In this document: positions 11,156-20,876 of the stretch, piece by piece
Layout: each line of letters begins with the position of its first letter
How positions within the stretch are numbered: position 1 is the first letter of the stretch
DNA from: Deltaproteobacteria bacterium
Lineage (GTDB): Bacteria; Desulfobacterota; Binatia; Bin18
Direction of reading: 5' to 3'
Assembly: GCA_016197285.1 (NCBI GenBank)
Contig: JACPWD010000019.1
Coordinates: 37,992 to 101,991 of the forward strand
Length of the DNA stretch: 64,000 nucleotides
Notes under the pieces: generated by a model
The model's input: only the letters and a program-made list of their open reading frames with translations
The model's database searches: none
What the model was told of the DNA's origin: nothing
Program-made: the position numbers and the translations under genes

Positions 11156-12019
11156 CTATCCGGCGAGAAAATCGGCCAAGCCGCTACGCGCGAGCGCTGC
11201 CGCCGATTCGCCGAAAGCCTGTCGGTAACGTGCGGGGGTGAATCCTGTGGTTACGAGAAATCGTTCGCGCTCTTCCTCCAACCGAAGAGCGAGGCGACTA
11301 CGGAGTTCCTGCGCCAGTGCTGGCTCTGCGGCGAGGGGAGCGAGCAGATCGTGTACGCTGACGCCATGCACGCCGCCCAACAGGCACGACAAGAAATAGG
11401 ACAATTGATCCTCGTTCGGCTTGCGGTGCCAAGTTTCCGCCGTGTTCATGATGGCATATATCCCGGTGTGTTGACGGACGGAGACTACAGCCTCCGAGCC
11501 TGTACCTTCGGCACCGGGAGCCAGAAAAATCAGCGCATAGCCGGCGTGCTCCACGGCAACAGGATGCGGAATGTAATGGGGCGATGTGAACCCGGCCAAG
11601 GTGCAGAGCTGACGGCGGTAACGCACGACATCGTGATCGGCGTCGAGCATCAGTTGCCAGAGAAACTCAGCTAAGCTCAACATCTCTCCGCGCGCCATTT
11701 CCATCAGTTGCTGCAGCGCCTCCGGCGCATAGCCCTCGCGCTTGGCGAGGTGGTAAGCGTCTTCTAGAGGAACCGTCAACGCTAATCCTTCGACTGCTTC
11801 TTGTGTGGCCGTTGCCGGGGCAGCGACCCGTCCTTGGAGCGGGAACCGCAGGACCTCTAGATCCGTGGCGAAGCGGTCGCCATACTTCGAGAGTTTGGCG
11901 AACCCCCGGCGACAGTTGGCCAGCGATACGATGCGTGCCTCCGCCACCTGTAAAGCACCGGAAAAAGCTAGCCCCGTTCCGCTCATCAACGAACCGTGAC
12001 CGATGATCATGACATCCAT
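11156..12019 (-). CDS. Hypothetical protein (N-terminal GHGSLMSG motif resembles the YGSL motif of gamma-glutamyl cyclotransferase / ChaC)
   Basis: 287-aa ORF with good coding bias. No confident family assignment. Confidence 0.5.
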   Translation of the reverse strand: MDVMIIGHGSLMSGTGLAFSGALQVAEARIVSLANCRRGFAKLSKYGDRFATDLEVLRFPLQGRVAAPATATQEAVEGLALTVPLEDAYHLAKREGYAPEALQQLMEMARGEMLSLAEFLWQLMLDADHDVVRYRRQLCTLAGFTSPHYIPHPVAVEHAGYALIFLAPGAEGTGSEAVVSVRQHTGIYAIMNTAETWHRKPNEDQLSYFLSCLLGGVHGVSVHDLLAPLAAEPALAQELRSRLALRLEEERERFLVTTGFTPARYRQAFGESAAALARSGLADFLAG

Positions 12020-12124
12020 ACGTGGCAGAGCTTAGCGAGGGAAAAGCCGGGGGAAAAGCCCAGCGCTCTCGAGGTTGCAACGTCGCCACGGAGGATCTAG
12101 GCTGCTTCGACAAGAGGCCCACCT

Positions 12125-12739
12125 ATGACACACCCTGCTGTTTCGACGGAGTCCGCTGCTTTCTTCCCCGTGAACCTGAAGGTCACGTGGCTGACTGACG
12201 AACAGTTCGAGCACCTGTGTGCCGAGAACCCGGAGCTGCGGCTCGAACTCACGGCCCAAGGGGAGTTGATCGGTATGCCTTCTACAGGATCGGAAACCGG
12301 ATGGTCCGATAGCGAAATCAACGCTGCCCTCAATACCTGGGCGAAGAAAGACGGAACCGGACTGACTTTTGGCTCTTCTACCGGCTTCACGTTACCTAAC
12401 GGGGCGAAACGTTCTCCTGACGCCTCGTGGGTGAGACGCGAGCGTTGGAGTACGTTGACCAAAGAGCAGCGGCGCAAATTCGCTCCACTCTGTCCAGATT
12501 TTGTGCTTGAATTGTGCTCGCCGACCGACAGTCTTCCCATGTTGCAAGAGAAGATGCAGGAGTATCTCGACAACGGCGCGCGGCTCGGGTGGTTGCTCGA
12601 TCCGCTCGAACGGCGTGTACATGTCTATCAGCCCGGCCAGCTGGTCCTCGTGCTGGATGACCCGGAAACGATCGACGGCGACCCGATCCTGCCTGACTTT
12701 GTCCTTCCTGTGCGCGAATTGTGGGAGCCGCCAGAGTAG
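12125..12739 (+). CDS. Uma2-family (DUF820) PD-(D/E)XK endonuclease-like protein
   Basis: Typical Uma2 features: ...ELIGMPS...PDFVLELCSPTD...LDNGARLGWLLDP.... Confidence 0.75.
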   Translation: MTHPAVSTESAAFFPVNLKVTWLTDEQFEHLCAENPELRLELTAQGELIGMPSTGSETGWSDSEINAALNTWAKKDGTGLTFGSSTGFTLPNGAKRSPDASWVRRERWSTLTKEQRRKFAPLCPDFVLELCSPTDSLPMLQEKMQEYLDNGARLGWLLDPLERRVHVYQPGQLVLVLDDPETIDGDPILPDFVLPVRELWEPPE

Positions 12740-12969
12740 AGAAAAAGACAGAAGGGCAATCGGTTGATAAGCATATCTTGCTTGTGAACCGATTGCTTGC
12801 GCCGCTTTTTGTCCGAGATACTCACGCACGTCGGTCGGCACCACCTGCACTCCCTCTTGTACGAACATCCGCACGCACGGCGTGTTGACTTCGAGCAGAG
12901 GCCTCCATAGGATCGCGCGGGGCAGATGCACTTTGACGCTAAACAAAATCTCAGGGAGGGTAGGCAGTC

Positions 12970-13743
12970 ATGAAATGTCTCCTTGTCTCCGATCTGCACT
13001 ACGCTCTCAAACAATACGATTGGGTGTCGAACGTCTCGAAAGATTTTGACGTCGTCGTGATCGCGGGCGATCATCTCGATATCTCTTCGGCTGTCGAGGT
13101 GCGGGCCCAAATCGCGGTGATTCTGACTTACCTGAAGCGTCTCCATACGAAGACCAAACTCATCGTGTGCTCGGGCAATCACGATCTCGATGCGCGTAAC
13201 GATGCTGGGGAGAAGGTGGCGAAATGGATCGCGAAAGTACGTCAACTCGGAGTGTCAACCGATGGAGACTGTCTTTCCGTTGACGGCGTCTTGATTACCA
13301 TTTGTCCGTGGTGGGACGGTCCGCAGACGCGGGAGACCGTAGGCGCTCAGTTTGCACGCGATGCAGCAAAGCCGAAAGAGCAATGGATTTGGGTCTATCA
13401 TGCGCCGCCGGACGAATCGCCGACGAGCTGGGGTGGGCAGAAGCATTTCGGCGACGCCGAGTTGGTGCGTTGGATCGAGCAGTACCAGCCCGACCTCGTC
13501 CTCAGCGGCCACATCCATCAGTCGCCTTTTCGCCAAGGTGGGTCTTGGGTGGATCGGCTAGGTTCCACCTGGGTCTTCAACCCAGGAAGGCAGATAGGTT
13601 CTAGCCCTACTCATATCGTTTTCGACACCAAAGAGCGGATGGCGCTGTGGTTCTCGCTAGCTGGTGCTGAAGTCGTGCAAATGGACAAGCCGCTTACTCG
13701 TCCGGTTCCTGAACTCACCGAACTGCCAGGCTGGTTCAAATAG
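12970..13743 (+). CDS. Calcineurin-like metallophosphoesterase
   Basis: Motifs SDLHY, GDHLD, GNHD and GHIH in order. Confidence 0.8.
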   Translation: MKCLLVSDLHYALKQYDWVSNVSKDFDVVVIAGDHLDISSAVEVRAQIAVILTYLKRLHTKTKLIVCSGNHDLDARNDAGEKVAKWIAKVRQLGVSTDGDCLSVDGVLITICPWWDGPQTRETVGAQFARDAAKPKEQWIWVYHAPPDESPTSWGGQKHFGDAELVRWIEQYQPDLVLSGHIHQSPFRQGGSWVDRLGSTWVFNPGRQIGSSPTHIVFDTKERMALWFSLAGAEVVQMDKPLTRPVPELTELPGWFK

Positions 13744-14221
13744 TCGTATTGGGGTCACGGTCGGAGCCCGGACTACATTCCTCAACCTGTTGATGGACTA
13801 AGGTCTCGAGCACCTCATCCACCATGCCGAGATGGTCTTCCTGATCTTCGAACTGTTTCTTTAGGTCCGCGAGATACGTAGTGACATTATATAATCTCTG
13901 CGCGAGGAGTTTGGCGAGTTGGTAGGCAATGTCGGTCTGCGATTGGAGAAACTCGGCAGCGCGCTCGACCATGTGCATCCGTGACGACGTTAACGTCCTG
14001 ACATTGGCGGTATGAGGAATATCGAGGAGAACCGACATCTCGCCGAAGATCGCGCCGGGCTCGGATGTGGTAGCGATTTGAAAATCGCCCTTCAACACTT
14101 CGATCTCTCCTTCGATGAGAATATAGAGAATGCCGTGCTGCTCCTTTTCGACCAGGAGCACTTCACCGGGGCCGAAGGTCCGTTCTGGGAGCCCTTGGCA
14201 ATAACTCAAAATCGTGCGCAT
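13736..14221 (-). CDS. Cyclic nucleotide-binding domain protein
   Basis: cNMP-binding fold motifs (...FGPGEVLLVEKEQHGILYILIEGEIEV...IFGEMSVLLDIPHTANVRT...). Confidence 0.75.
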   Translation of the reverse strand: MRTILSYCQGLPERTFGPGEVLLVEKEQHGILYILIEGEIEVLKGDFQIATTSEPGAIFGEMSVLLDIPHTANVRTLTSSRMHMVERAAEFLQSQTDIAYQLAKLLAQRLYNVTTYLADLKKQFEDQEDHLGMVDEVLETLVHQQVEECSPGSDRDPNTTI

Positions 14222-14308
14222 CGCCGTACCTCCGCAAGGGGCTACCGTACCACGAATAGTAATGAGAATCGACAGGCGCGTCGTCGATAGGCGAGGGGAT
14301 GAAGCATG

Positions 14309-15346
14309 TTAGGAACCCAGCTCTGGTTTGCCCTTCCGACTCTCCTTTTTCTTTTTCCCCAGCTTCCGCTTCGGTTCCGGCTTTTCCTGGGTATGCTTTG
14401 TCCGGTCGGCGGCAAAGACGTGGAGGATCATGTCTGCGGTCTTCGCCGCAGCGATCGCCTTCCAGTCATGGTCCGGCAACAGGACCAGCTCTGGTGCCAG
14501 TTCGGTAAATTTCTTGAGCCGCCAGGCGTTTTCCCACCAGGCTTGGCGATCCGAGACGAAGCCGGGTTCGCGCACGTAGCGCGCCTGTTCCAAGGTCCAG
14601 GCAAGGTTCCCGCAAATCAGCACCGGCGCGTGGGGCAGCCGGAGCAGGATCGCCATACCGCCGGGAGTGGCACCAGGAACGTCAATCAAGAGGATGCTGC
14701 CATCGCCAAACAGGTCACGGTGCGCGCGAAAGGTACCCAACGCTTCGGTCCCGGCAAAGTCGATCAATTGCCACTTCCGCACGCCATCGTACTCGTCGCT
14801 CAAGGAGAGCGCAGTTTCTTCTTCCTCCGTGGCGGCAGTATGTTCGGCGGAGGAGACAAGCACTCGCGCGGTGGGAAAATTCTCTAGCTCTCCTGTGTGG
14901 CTGAAGCGTAGGTCCGGCAAAATAATGGTCTGCACGTCTTGCTCCGACCATCCCAGGGATTCGAGTTGCGAGAGAATATCTTGCCCTTCAGCCAGCGTGG
15001 GGGAGCCGATAGCGGTGCGAAACTCTCCCAGATAGCTCTGTGCGCCTTGCGCGACGCCGCGACTGAGACCGGTGCCGATCAGAATGAGTCCGTGGCGCGG
15101 ATGTTCGACGGCAAACACGATAACCTCGATATCGAGGGTTTCCAGCAGACTCCCGCCCCGGTAGACGACCCGTTTGGGAACGGTGACTGTTCCGGTCTGA
15201 AACACTCGGAGTTTCAAACCGGCGACACCTTTGTACGGCTGTGGCCAATGGTGTAGTTGCGGAAGAACATAAGCGGGGTGCAACGGTTTCTCCTCGCAGG
15301 CAGAAACCGACACCACCAACATCAGAGCCAAGATCGCCATTCGCAT
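14309..15346 (-). CDS. Secreted/lipoprotein MBL-fold-like hydrolase with a degenerate metal-binding motif
   Basis: Signal peptide/lipobox MRMAILALMLVVSVSAC. Metallo-beta-lactamase (MBL)-like layout (LILIGTG ... LRFSHTGE in place of the H-x-H-x-D-H motif), so likely non-canonical or inactive. Confidence 0.45.
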   Translation of the reverse strand: MRMAILALMLVVSVSACEEKPLHPAYVLPQLHHWPQPYKGVAGLKLRVFQTGTVTVPKRVVYRGGSLLETLDIEVIVFAVEHPRHGLILIGTGLSRGVAQGAQSYLGEFRTAIGSPTLAEGQDILSQLESLGWSEQDVQTIILPDLRFSHTGELENFPTARVLVSSAEHTAATEEEETALSLSDEYDGVRKWQLIDFAGTEALGTFRAHRDLFGDGSILLIDVPGATPGGMAILLRLPHAPVLICGNLAWTLEQARYVREPGFVSDRQAWWENAWRLKKFTELAPELVLLPDHDWKAIAAAKTADMILHVFAADRTKHTQEKPEPKRKLGKKKKESRKGKPELGS

Positions 15347-15440
15347 ACATATTGCTCGCGTGCACTGTTTCCCCGGTTTGTAGCGCGCCCATCTCGGAGC
15401 CGCTAGGCCGTGGATGAGAAAGCAGTGGCGGTAAAGAATT

Positions 15441-15467
15441 GTAGGGGCGAGGTAACCTCGCCCCTAC
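15441..15467. repeat. REP-like perfect palindrome GTAGGGGCGAGGTAACCTCGCCCCTAC
   Basis: Perfect 12-bp arms. Same arm sequence as the element at 10291-10318. Confidence 0.6.
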
Positions 15468-15616
15468 CTGGGGTAATTCCCCTAACAGTCAAAATTCTGT
15501 CATGCACCCTCGGAATTTTCCGAGTTGACCGCGTCAGGGCTCTCGACTATGGTGTGGACGCTTTCCGGCGTAACGCCGGAGAGCCGACTCGGGGACGCTG
15601 AGAAAGCGGAAGAAAT

Positions 15617-17080
15617 ATGGTCGGAATCCCAGGTACAGAAGAACGGTTGGCCCTGGCGGAAATAGAAGACCGTCTGCGGAGGGTGCGGACGCGGTTCAAC
15701 CTCTATTCCTTGCAGCATCACTTCTATCGCCTTGGCGCGGCCCTCTCCCTCGGCGTGGCCCTGCTGGTGCTCGGTGCCTTTCTCCTCCCGCCCTGGGTTT
15801 TTACCCTTGCCTCGTGGCCGCTTTTAGTCCTCTTAGCCTTTTTGTTGTTGTTCTTCCTCCGCTGTGGCGTGGCCGAGTGGACAAACCTGCCGCTGGCCGC
15901 TCGTCGTATCGATACACGCGCCGGGTTGCACGAGCGCCTGTCTACTCTAGTGGCGCAACTCACTGCTGGCGTGATCGGCAAAGAACCTCCTTCGAAGTTG
16001 TGGTCCTACTTGCTGACCGACAACATGGCGCATCTCGGCGACTGGGAAGTGAAAAAGGTCGCGCCCAGCCGGGTGCCGTGGAGTTTTCTCCCGTTTCTGG
16101 CGGCGTTTCTGGCGGCGTTGTTCGTCGTTTCCGTGCCTTTGCTTTCGTCTAAGTACCGCTCGGACCCGTTTTCGCTGGAGAATTTACAGACGCTGTTGGC
16201 GCAATTGCCGGATCGCTTGGGACAGATGGCTGACGAAAAGATGTCGCTCTTGCCCGATCCGCGCGATCAATGGGGTGGAAGCAGTCTCTTTGGCGACGGC
16301 AAAAATCGCCCCACTCCTCAAGAGGCGCAACCGCCTCCCGAAGCTGGCGAAGCCGCCAACCAAGAAGAATCCCGCTCTTTAGCGTCGCTTCCCGAAGAGC
16401 TACAGAAAACCATCCGCGAGGCGCTCAAAGGGCTGGATGTGAAGGACCCCGAGAAGCGGGAGCCCGGCAATGTTTCGCCGGATAAGAACCAACTTGCTTT
16501 GCGTCCCGCCGACGAGACCTCGCAAAAAAAGCCGGAGTCCGGGGTGGACGGCAAAGATCTGCCCAAAAGCCGCGCGCAACAACAACAGCAGACCGCCGGT
16601 CGTGGCGGTGGTCAAGGAAACGACAGCAAAGGGAATGTCTCCCCTGCTAGCGAGGGTGGGGCCACGCAACCTCCTGCGCAGGGCAGCGGGATGCAGCAGT
16701 TGGATCGGGCAAAGCTAGACCGGAAAAACGCCCCCGGGCGATTCCAGCCGGATGGTGCCCAGGTGCCTGGAGGCGGCGGGAGTGCCGGCGAGGGTGGCCC
16801 TGGTGCCGGCAGTGGCACCGACTCGAATCTGTTCGGCAACCCGGCAGACTTGGGGAGCGGCGCGCGCTCGTTTCAATTAGCCCTCGATGGTACTCATGAG
16901 CGAGTGCTCGGAGACCCAACGACGGAAGAGGCGGCGAAAGACGAAGGCGGCGTGATCGAAAAGTCCACGAAAAACCTGAGCCAGAAGCAGTCGCTCGACA
17001 GCGCGATCCGTAAAGCTCAGGTGCCTCCCGAATATGAAGAGATTGTCAAACGCTTATTTTCCCGTGGAGAATCACAGTGA
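15617..17080 (+). CDS. Membrane protein with a low-complexity Gly/Gln/Pro-rich C-terminal region; first gene of the MoxR–DUF58–vWA (Bat-like) operon
   Basis: Two to four predicted transmembrane helices (LSLGVALLVLGAFLLPPWVF..., FLPFLAAFLAALFVVSV) followed by a long disordered region. Its stop overlaps the MoxR start. Confidence 0.6.
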   Translation: MVGIPGTEERLALAEIEDRLRRVRTRFNLYSLQHHFYRLGAALSLGVALLVLGAFLLPPWVFTLASWPLLVLLAFLLLFFLRCGVAEWTNLPLAARRIDTRAGLHERLSTLVAQLTAGVIGKEPPSKLWSYLLTDNMAHLGDWEVKKVAPSRVPWSFLPFLAAFLAALFVVSVPLLSSKYRSDPFSLENLQTLLAQLPDRLGQMADEKMSLLPDPRDQWGGSSLFGDGKNRPTPQEAQPPPEAGEAANQEESRSLASLPEELQKTIREALKGLDVKDPEKREPGNVSPDKNQLALRPADETSQKKPESGVDGKDLPKSRAQQQQQTAGRGGGQGNDSKGNVSPASEGGATQPPAQGSGMQQLDRAKLDRKNAPGRFQPDGAQVPGGGGSAGEGGPGAGSGTDSNLFGNPADLGSGARSFQLALDGTHERVLGDPTTEEAAKDEGGVIEKSTKNLSQKQSLDSAIRKAQVPPEYEEIVKRLFSRGESQ

Positions 17081-18120
17081 GCACAGCTGACCGCGCAGTG
17101 AGCAACTTTCAGGACACGTTCCAGCGCATCAAGACGGAGGTGGCGAAAGCCGTCATCGGTCACGACGAAATGATCGAGAACATCCTTATCGCCTTTTTTG
17201 CCGGCGGACATGTGCTCATCGAAGGCGTGCCCGGTACCGGCAAGACCTTGATTGTCCGCTCGCTCGCCGACGTGTTGAACCTGAGCTTTAACCGGATTCA
17301 GTTCACCGTCGACCTCATGCCCGCCGACATTACCGGCACGCGCATGGTCATGGACCGCGAGGAAGGACGCCGCGAGTTCGTTTTTGTCGAAGGCCCGGTT
17401 TTTGCCCATGTGTTGTTGGGCGACGAAGTCAATCGTTCCACCCCGAAAACCCAAGCCGCGCTGCTGGAAGCCATGGCCGAGCTGCAAGTCACCGTAGCCG
17501 GCACGACCTATCGTTTATTGCCGCCCTTCTTCGTGTTGGCTACTCTGAATCCGATCGAAATGGAAGGCACCTATCCGCTGCCGGAAGCGCAGTTGGATCG
17601 TTTCTTCTTCAAAGTGCGCCTCACCTATCCGACCCATCACGAGATCCAGCGTATTATCGGGACGACCACCACCACCGCCGCTCCGGACCTGGAGCCGGTG
17701 TTCGATCGCAATGAAGCACCGGAAAAAGTCCTTGCCCTGCGGCAACTCGTGCGTGAAGTCATGGTGGCTCCGCATATTGAAGAGTATGTCGCCGCACTGA
17801 TTCACGCGACCATTCCTGCCGGAGCGAAATATGTGAGCGCGACGGATGCCGCGCGAGTGCAACTCGCCAAAGACGACTACGTCAATAAATATGTCGGGTT
17901 TGGCGCTAGCCCGCGCGGTGGGCAGGCGCTTGTACTCGGGGCGAAAGTGGCGGCGCTGCTCGCCGGGCGCGCCAACGTGAGCTACGAGGATGTGGATCGC
18001 GTCACGATTCCGGCGTTGAATCATCGTCTCGTGCTGAATTTTGCCGCCGAGGCGGAAGGGATTGACCCCGCGAGCATCATTGCGCGTATCGTGCAGTCGG
18101 CTCGGAAACTGCGACGATGA
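17077..18120 (+). CDS. MoxR-family AAA+ ATPase
   Basis: VIGHDEMIENILIAFFAGGHVLIEGVPGTGKT (Walker A), LLGDEVNRSTPKTQAALLEAM (Walker B / sensor) and the MoxR C-terminal region. Confidence 0.9.
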   Translation: MSTADRAVSNFQDTFQRIKTEVAKAVIGHDEMIENILIAFFAGGHVLIEGVPGTGKTLIVRSLADVLNLSFNRIQFTVDLMPADITGTRMVMDREEGRREFVFVEGPVFAHVLLGDEVNRSTPKTQAALLEAMAELQVTVAGTTYRLLPPFFVLATLNPIEMEGTYPLPEAQLDRFFFKVRLTYPTHHEIQRIIGTTTTTAAPDLEPVFDRNEAPEKVLALRQLVREVMVAPHIEEYVAALIHATIPAGAKYVSATDAARVQLAKDDYVNKYVGFGASPRGGQALVLGAKVAALLAGRANVSYEDVDRVTIPALNHRLVLNFAAEAEGIDPASIIARIVQSARKLRR

Positions 18121-19046
18121 GCAAAGCCGATCTCCACGTCAGCATCGCCACGCCGGAGTTCCTCAAGCGGCTCGAACGCCTGCGCGTTTGGGTCCGTTCG
18201 GCGCGCGGTCTGCGCCCTGGAGAAACGTCGATCCCGCGCTCCAATCAAGCCTGGGGGATCGAATTCGAATCGTATAAAGACTATGCCCCGGGCGATGACT
18301 TCCGCTACGTGGACTGGAACGCCGTGGGTCGCCTCGATCAGTTGCTGGTGAAAACCTTCACTGCCGAGCGCGAAATTCCCTACCACATTTTTCTCGATAC
18401 TAGCGCCTCGATGGGCGCCCCGGCTATTGATCGGAAGTTCCAATTCGCTATCGACTTGGTGGCTGCGCTGGCCTACATCGTTTTGCTGAATAGCGACACC
18501 TTGCGAATTATCGCGCTGACCGCGCCGGAGAAAGGGCGGCACCCTTACACTGTGATGCCGCTCGCCCGACACCGGAGCGCGTTCCTCCGCGTCACCTCTT
18601 TTCTCGAAACGCTCGCTCCTTCGGGGAAAACCTATTTGCGAGAAGCCGTGCGTGCGTACGCCGAGCAGTCCAGAGAGCCAGGGGTAGCGATTGTCGTGTC
18701 CGATTTCCTGACAGAACCGTCGCAATATGAAGAAGCGTTGACGCTCTTGCGCGTGCGCGGCTACGAAGTCAAAGCGTTGCATGTCGTCGGTGCCGCCGAG
18801 CTGGAGCCGGACAAGCTCTTCCGTCGTGGCAAGCTGTTCGACGTGGAGAATCGTACCGAGCGCTGGGTCACACTTTCTCAAGCGAATCTGCACCGCTATC
18901 GAGAAGCGCAACAGGTGCATTTCACGGCGCTGAAAGAATTCTGCCATCACTATCGTATCCTCTATAATCGCGCCTCGACGGCCAGTGGTGTGAGCGCGGT
19001 GTTGACTGGAGAGCTGCCGAAGGCGGGAGTGTTGACCCTGCGGTAG
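18117..19046 (+). CDS. DUF58 (vWA-like) protein, MoxR partner
   Basis: DUF58 signature FESYKDYAPGDDFRYVDWNAVGRLDQLLVKTFTAEREIPYHIFLDTSASMG. Start overlaps the MoxR stop. Confidence 0.85.
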   Translation: MSKADLHVSIATPEFLKRLERLRVWVRSARGLRPGETSIPRSNQAWGIEFESYKDYAPGDDFRYVDWNAVGRLDQLLVKTFTAEREIPYHIFLDTSASMGAPAIDRKFQFAIDLVAALAYIVLLNSDTLRIIALTAPEKGRHPYTVMPLARHRSAFLRVTSFLETLAPSGKTYLREAVRAYAEQSREPGVAIVVSDFLTEPSQYEEALTLLRVRGYEVKALHVVGAAELEPDKLFRRGKLFDVENRTERWVTLSQANLHRYREAQQVHFTALKEFCHHYRILYNRASTASGVSAVLTGELPKAGVLTLR

Positions 19047-19088
19047 ATTGCAGGAATCCCATGAGATGCGCACGGAGGTGAATCACCA

Positions 19089-20000
19089 ATGAACGACGCT
19101 TATGGCCTTCCGCAGCCAATCCCATATCAGGGGAGCAAGCGGCAACTCGCTCCGGCTATCCTACGGTACTTCCCGACGAACATAGCACGGCTGGTAGAAC
19201 CATTTGCGGGCTCCGCAGCGATCTCGATTGCTGCGGCGGCATGCGGGTTGGCGGAGTGTTTCTGGATCAACGACGCGCACGCCCCGCTGATTGACCTCTG
19301 GAGGGAAATCACCTCCCGCCCGAATGAACTCAGCGCAGCGTATGCCCGACTCTGGAAAGAACAAGCTGACCATGAGCGAGAATTCTTCGATCAAGTGCGT
19401 TCGCGGTTCAACAAGACACCGTCACCTGACCTTTTTCTATATCTGTTGGCGAGATGCGTAAAAGCCGCTGTCCGGTACAACTCCAACGGCGAGTTCAACA
19501 ACACGCCTGACAACCGCCGAAAAGGGGCACGGCCATCCGAAATGCAACGACGCATCCTGTCAACGTCTAGACTCTTGAAGTCAGCGACTCGGTTGACCTC
19601 TTGGAACTACAAGAAAGTTCTCAGCGATTGCATGCCAGATGACCTCGTATATATGGACCCGCCTTACCAAGGCGTCTGTGGTCAGCGGGATCAACGGTAT
19701 CTGCCCAGATTCGAGCATGACGAGTTCTGCGATGAGTTGGACAAACTCAATGCTCGTGGCATCCTCTTCGTCGTGTCCTACGACGGTCGCACCGGTTCCA
19801 AGACGTTCGGTGAACCGTTACCGGTGTCGCTGGGTTTGAAACACTTGGAGATCAGGGCCGGTCGTTCCACCCAAGCAACCCTCCTGGGACGATCGGAGGT
19901 GACTTACGAGTCGCTTTACCTTTCCCCGGCTCTCGTTGAGGCATTGCCTCGCCGTGCTCGACGAATCGAGCGGCAGCTTGCGTTCTGGCAGGAGAGCTAA
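19089..20000 (+). CDS. Dam-like (D12 class) N6-adenine DNA methyltransferase
   Basis: N-terminal PYQGSKRQL and FAGSAA (AdoMet-binding) plus the catalytic VYMDPPYQG (DPPY) motif. Visibly lower GC than its flanks. RBS GGAGGTG. Confidence 0.85.
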   Translation: MNDAYGLPQPIPYQGSKRQLAPAILRYFPTNIARLVEPFAGSAAISIAAAACGLAECFWINDAHAPLIDLWREITSRPNELSAAYARLWKEQADHEREFFDQVRSRFNKTPSPDLFLYLLARCVKAAVRYNSNGEFNNTPDNRRKGARPSEMQRRILSTSRLLKSATRLTSWNYKKVLSDCMPDDLVYMDPPYQGVCGQRDQRYLPRFEHDEFCDELDKLNARGILFVVSYDGRTGSKTFGEPLPVSLGLKHLEIRAGRSTQATLLGRSEVTYESLYLSPALVEALPRRARRIERQLAFWQES

Positions 20001-20003
20001 CTC

Positions 20004-20756
20004 GTGGCGAAGAAGAAGCCCTATGCTGGGCTGCCTGCCGATTTCCTGCAAAAACTCCGTGCGGTCACGGCCAAGCGTCCAAAGACGGCGATCGATCATA
20101 TTTTGGAGTTCGGACACATCACGACAGAGGAACTGCGAGACAAGTACGGCTATGATCATCCGCCTAGGGCCATTCGTGATGTAAAGGAGCATGGAATCCC
20201 ACTGGAGATGTTTCGAGTCGAAGGAAGTCACGGACGCAAGATCGCGGCGTACAAGTTCGGCGATCCTTCGCAATCCAGATCCGGAGGTTTCGGGGGTCGG
20301 AAGGCGTGGCCCAAGGACTTCAAGCAGAAACTGGTAGACACTCACGGCGCACGATGCGGAATTTGTTGTACTGCCTACGCAGCTCGCTATCTTCAGATCG
20401 ACCATCGGGTTCCTTTTGAAGTTGCCGGTGATAAAGATGAGGCAATGGATGTTGCCGACTACATGCTGGTCTGTGGTTCCTGCAACCGGGCTAAATCGTG
20501 GTCTTGTGAGCACTGCAAGAACTGGACAGAGGATCGTATCGTATCCGTCTGTCAGACATGCTATTGGGCGAACCCTATCGACTATGCGCATGTTGCGCTG
20601 CGGCTGATTCGCCGTCTCGATGTGACATGGAGCGATAGCGAAGTGCCTGAGTACGATCAACTGCTAAGGCTCTCGAAGCACGCGAGAAAGAGACTCCCTG
20701 ACTTCGTAAAAGAAGTTCTCCGAGATGCCCTGGGCGAAGGAATGGAACCGAAGTAA
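20004..20756 (+). CDS. HNH (His-Me finger) restriction endonuclease, putative partner of the adjacent methyltransferase
   Basis: CGICCTAYAARYLQIDHRVPFEVAGDKDE...YMLVCGSCNRAKSWSCEHCKNW, an HNH motif with CxxC...CxxC zinc ligands. GTG start 4 bp after the methyltransferase stop, with RBS AGGAGAG. Confidence 0.7.
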   Translation: MAKKKPYAGLPADFLQKLRAVTAKRPKTAIDHILEFGHITTEELRDKYGYDHPPRAIRDVKEHGIPLEMFRVEGSHGRKIAAYKFGDPSQSRSGGFGGRKAWPKDFKQKLVDTHGARCGICCTAYAARYLQIDHRVPFEVAGDKDEAMDVADYMLVCGSCNRAKSWSCEHCKNWTEDRIVSVCQTCYWANPIDYAHVALRLIRRLDVTWSDSEVPEYDQLLRLSKHARKRLPDFVKEVLRDALGEGMEPK

Positions 20757-20876
20757 CGATGATGCAATCTAACCAGTGCCTTGCACCGTATTGCTGCCTG
20801 CGTGCGGTTCCTGCCCACCCGAAAGGGTACGTTCTGGCGGCAAACGGTGAAGGCGGGCGATAGCGAGTACGCGCTC

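Noticed and set aside
18021-19073. 350-aa minus-strand ORF
   Set aside because: Antisense shadow of the DUF58 gene.
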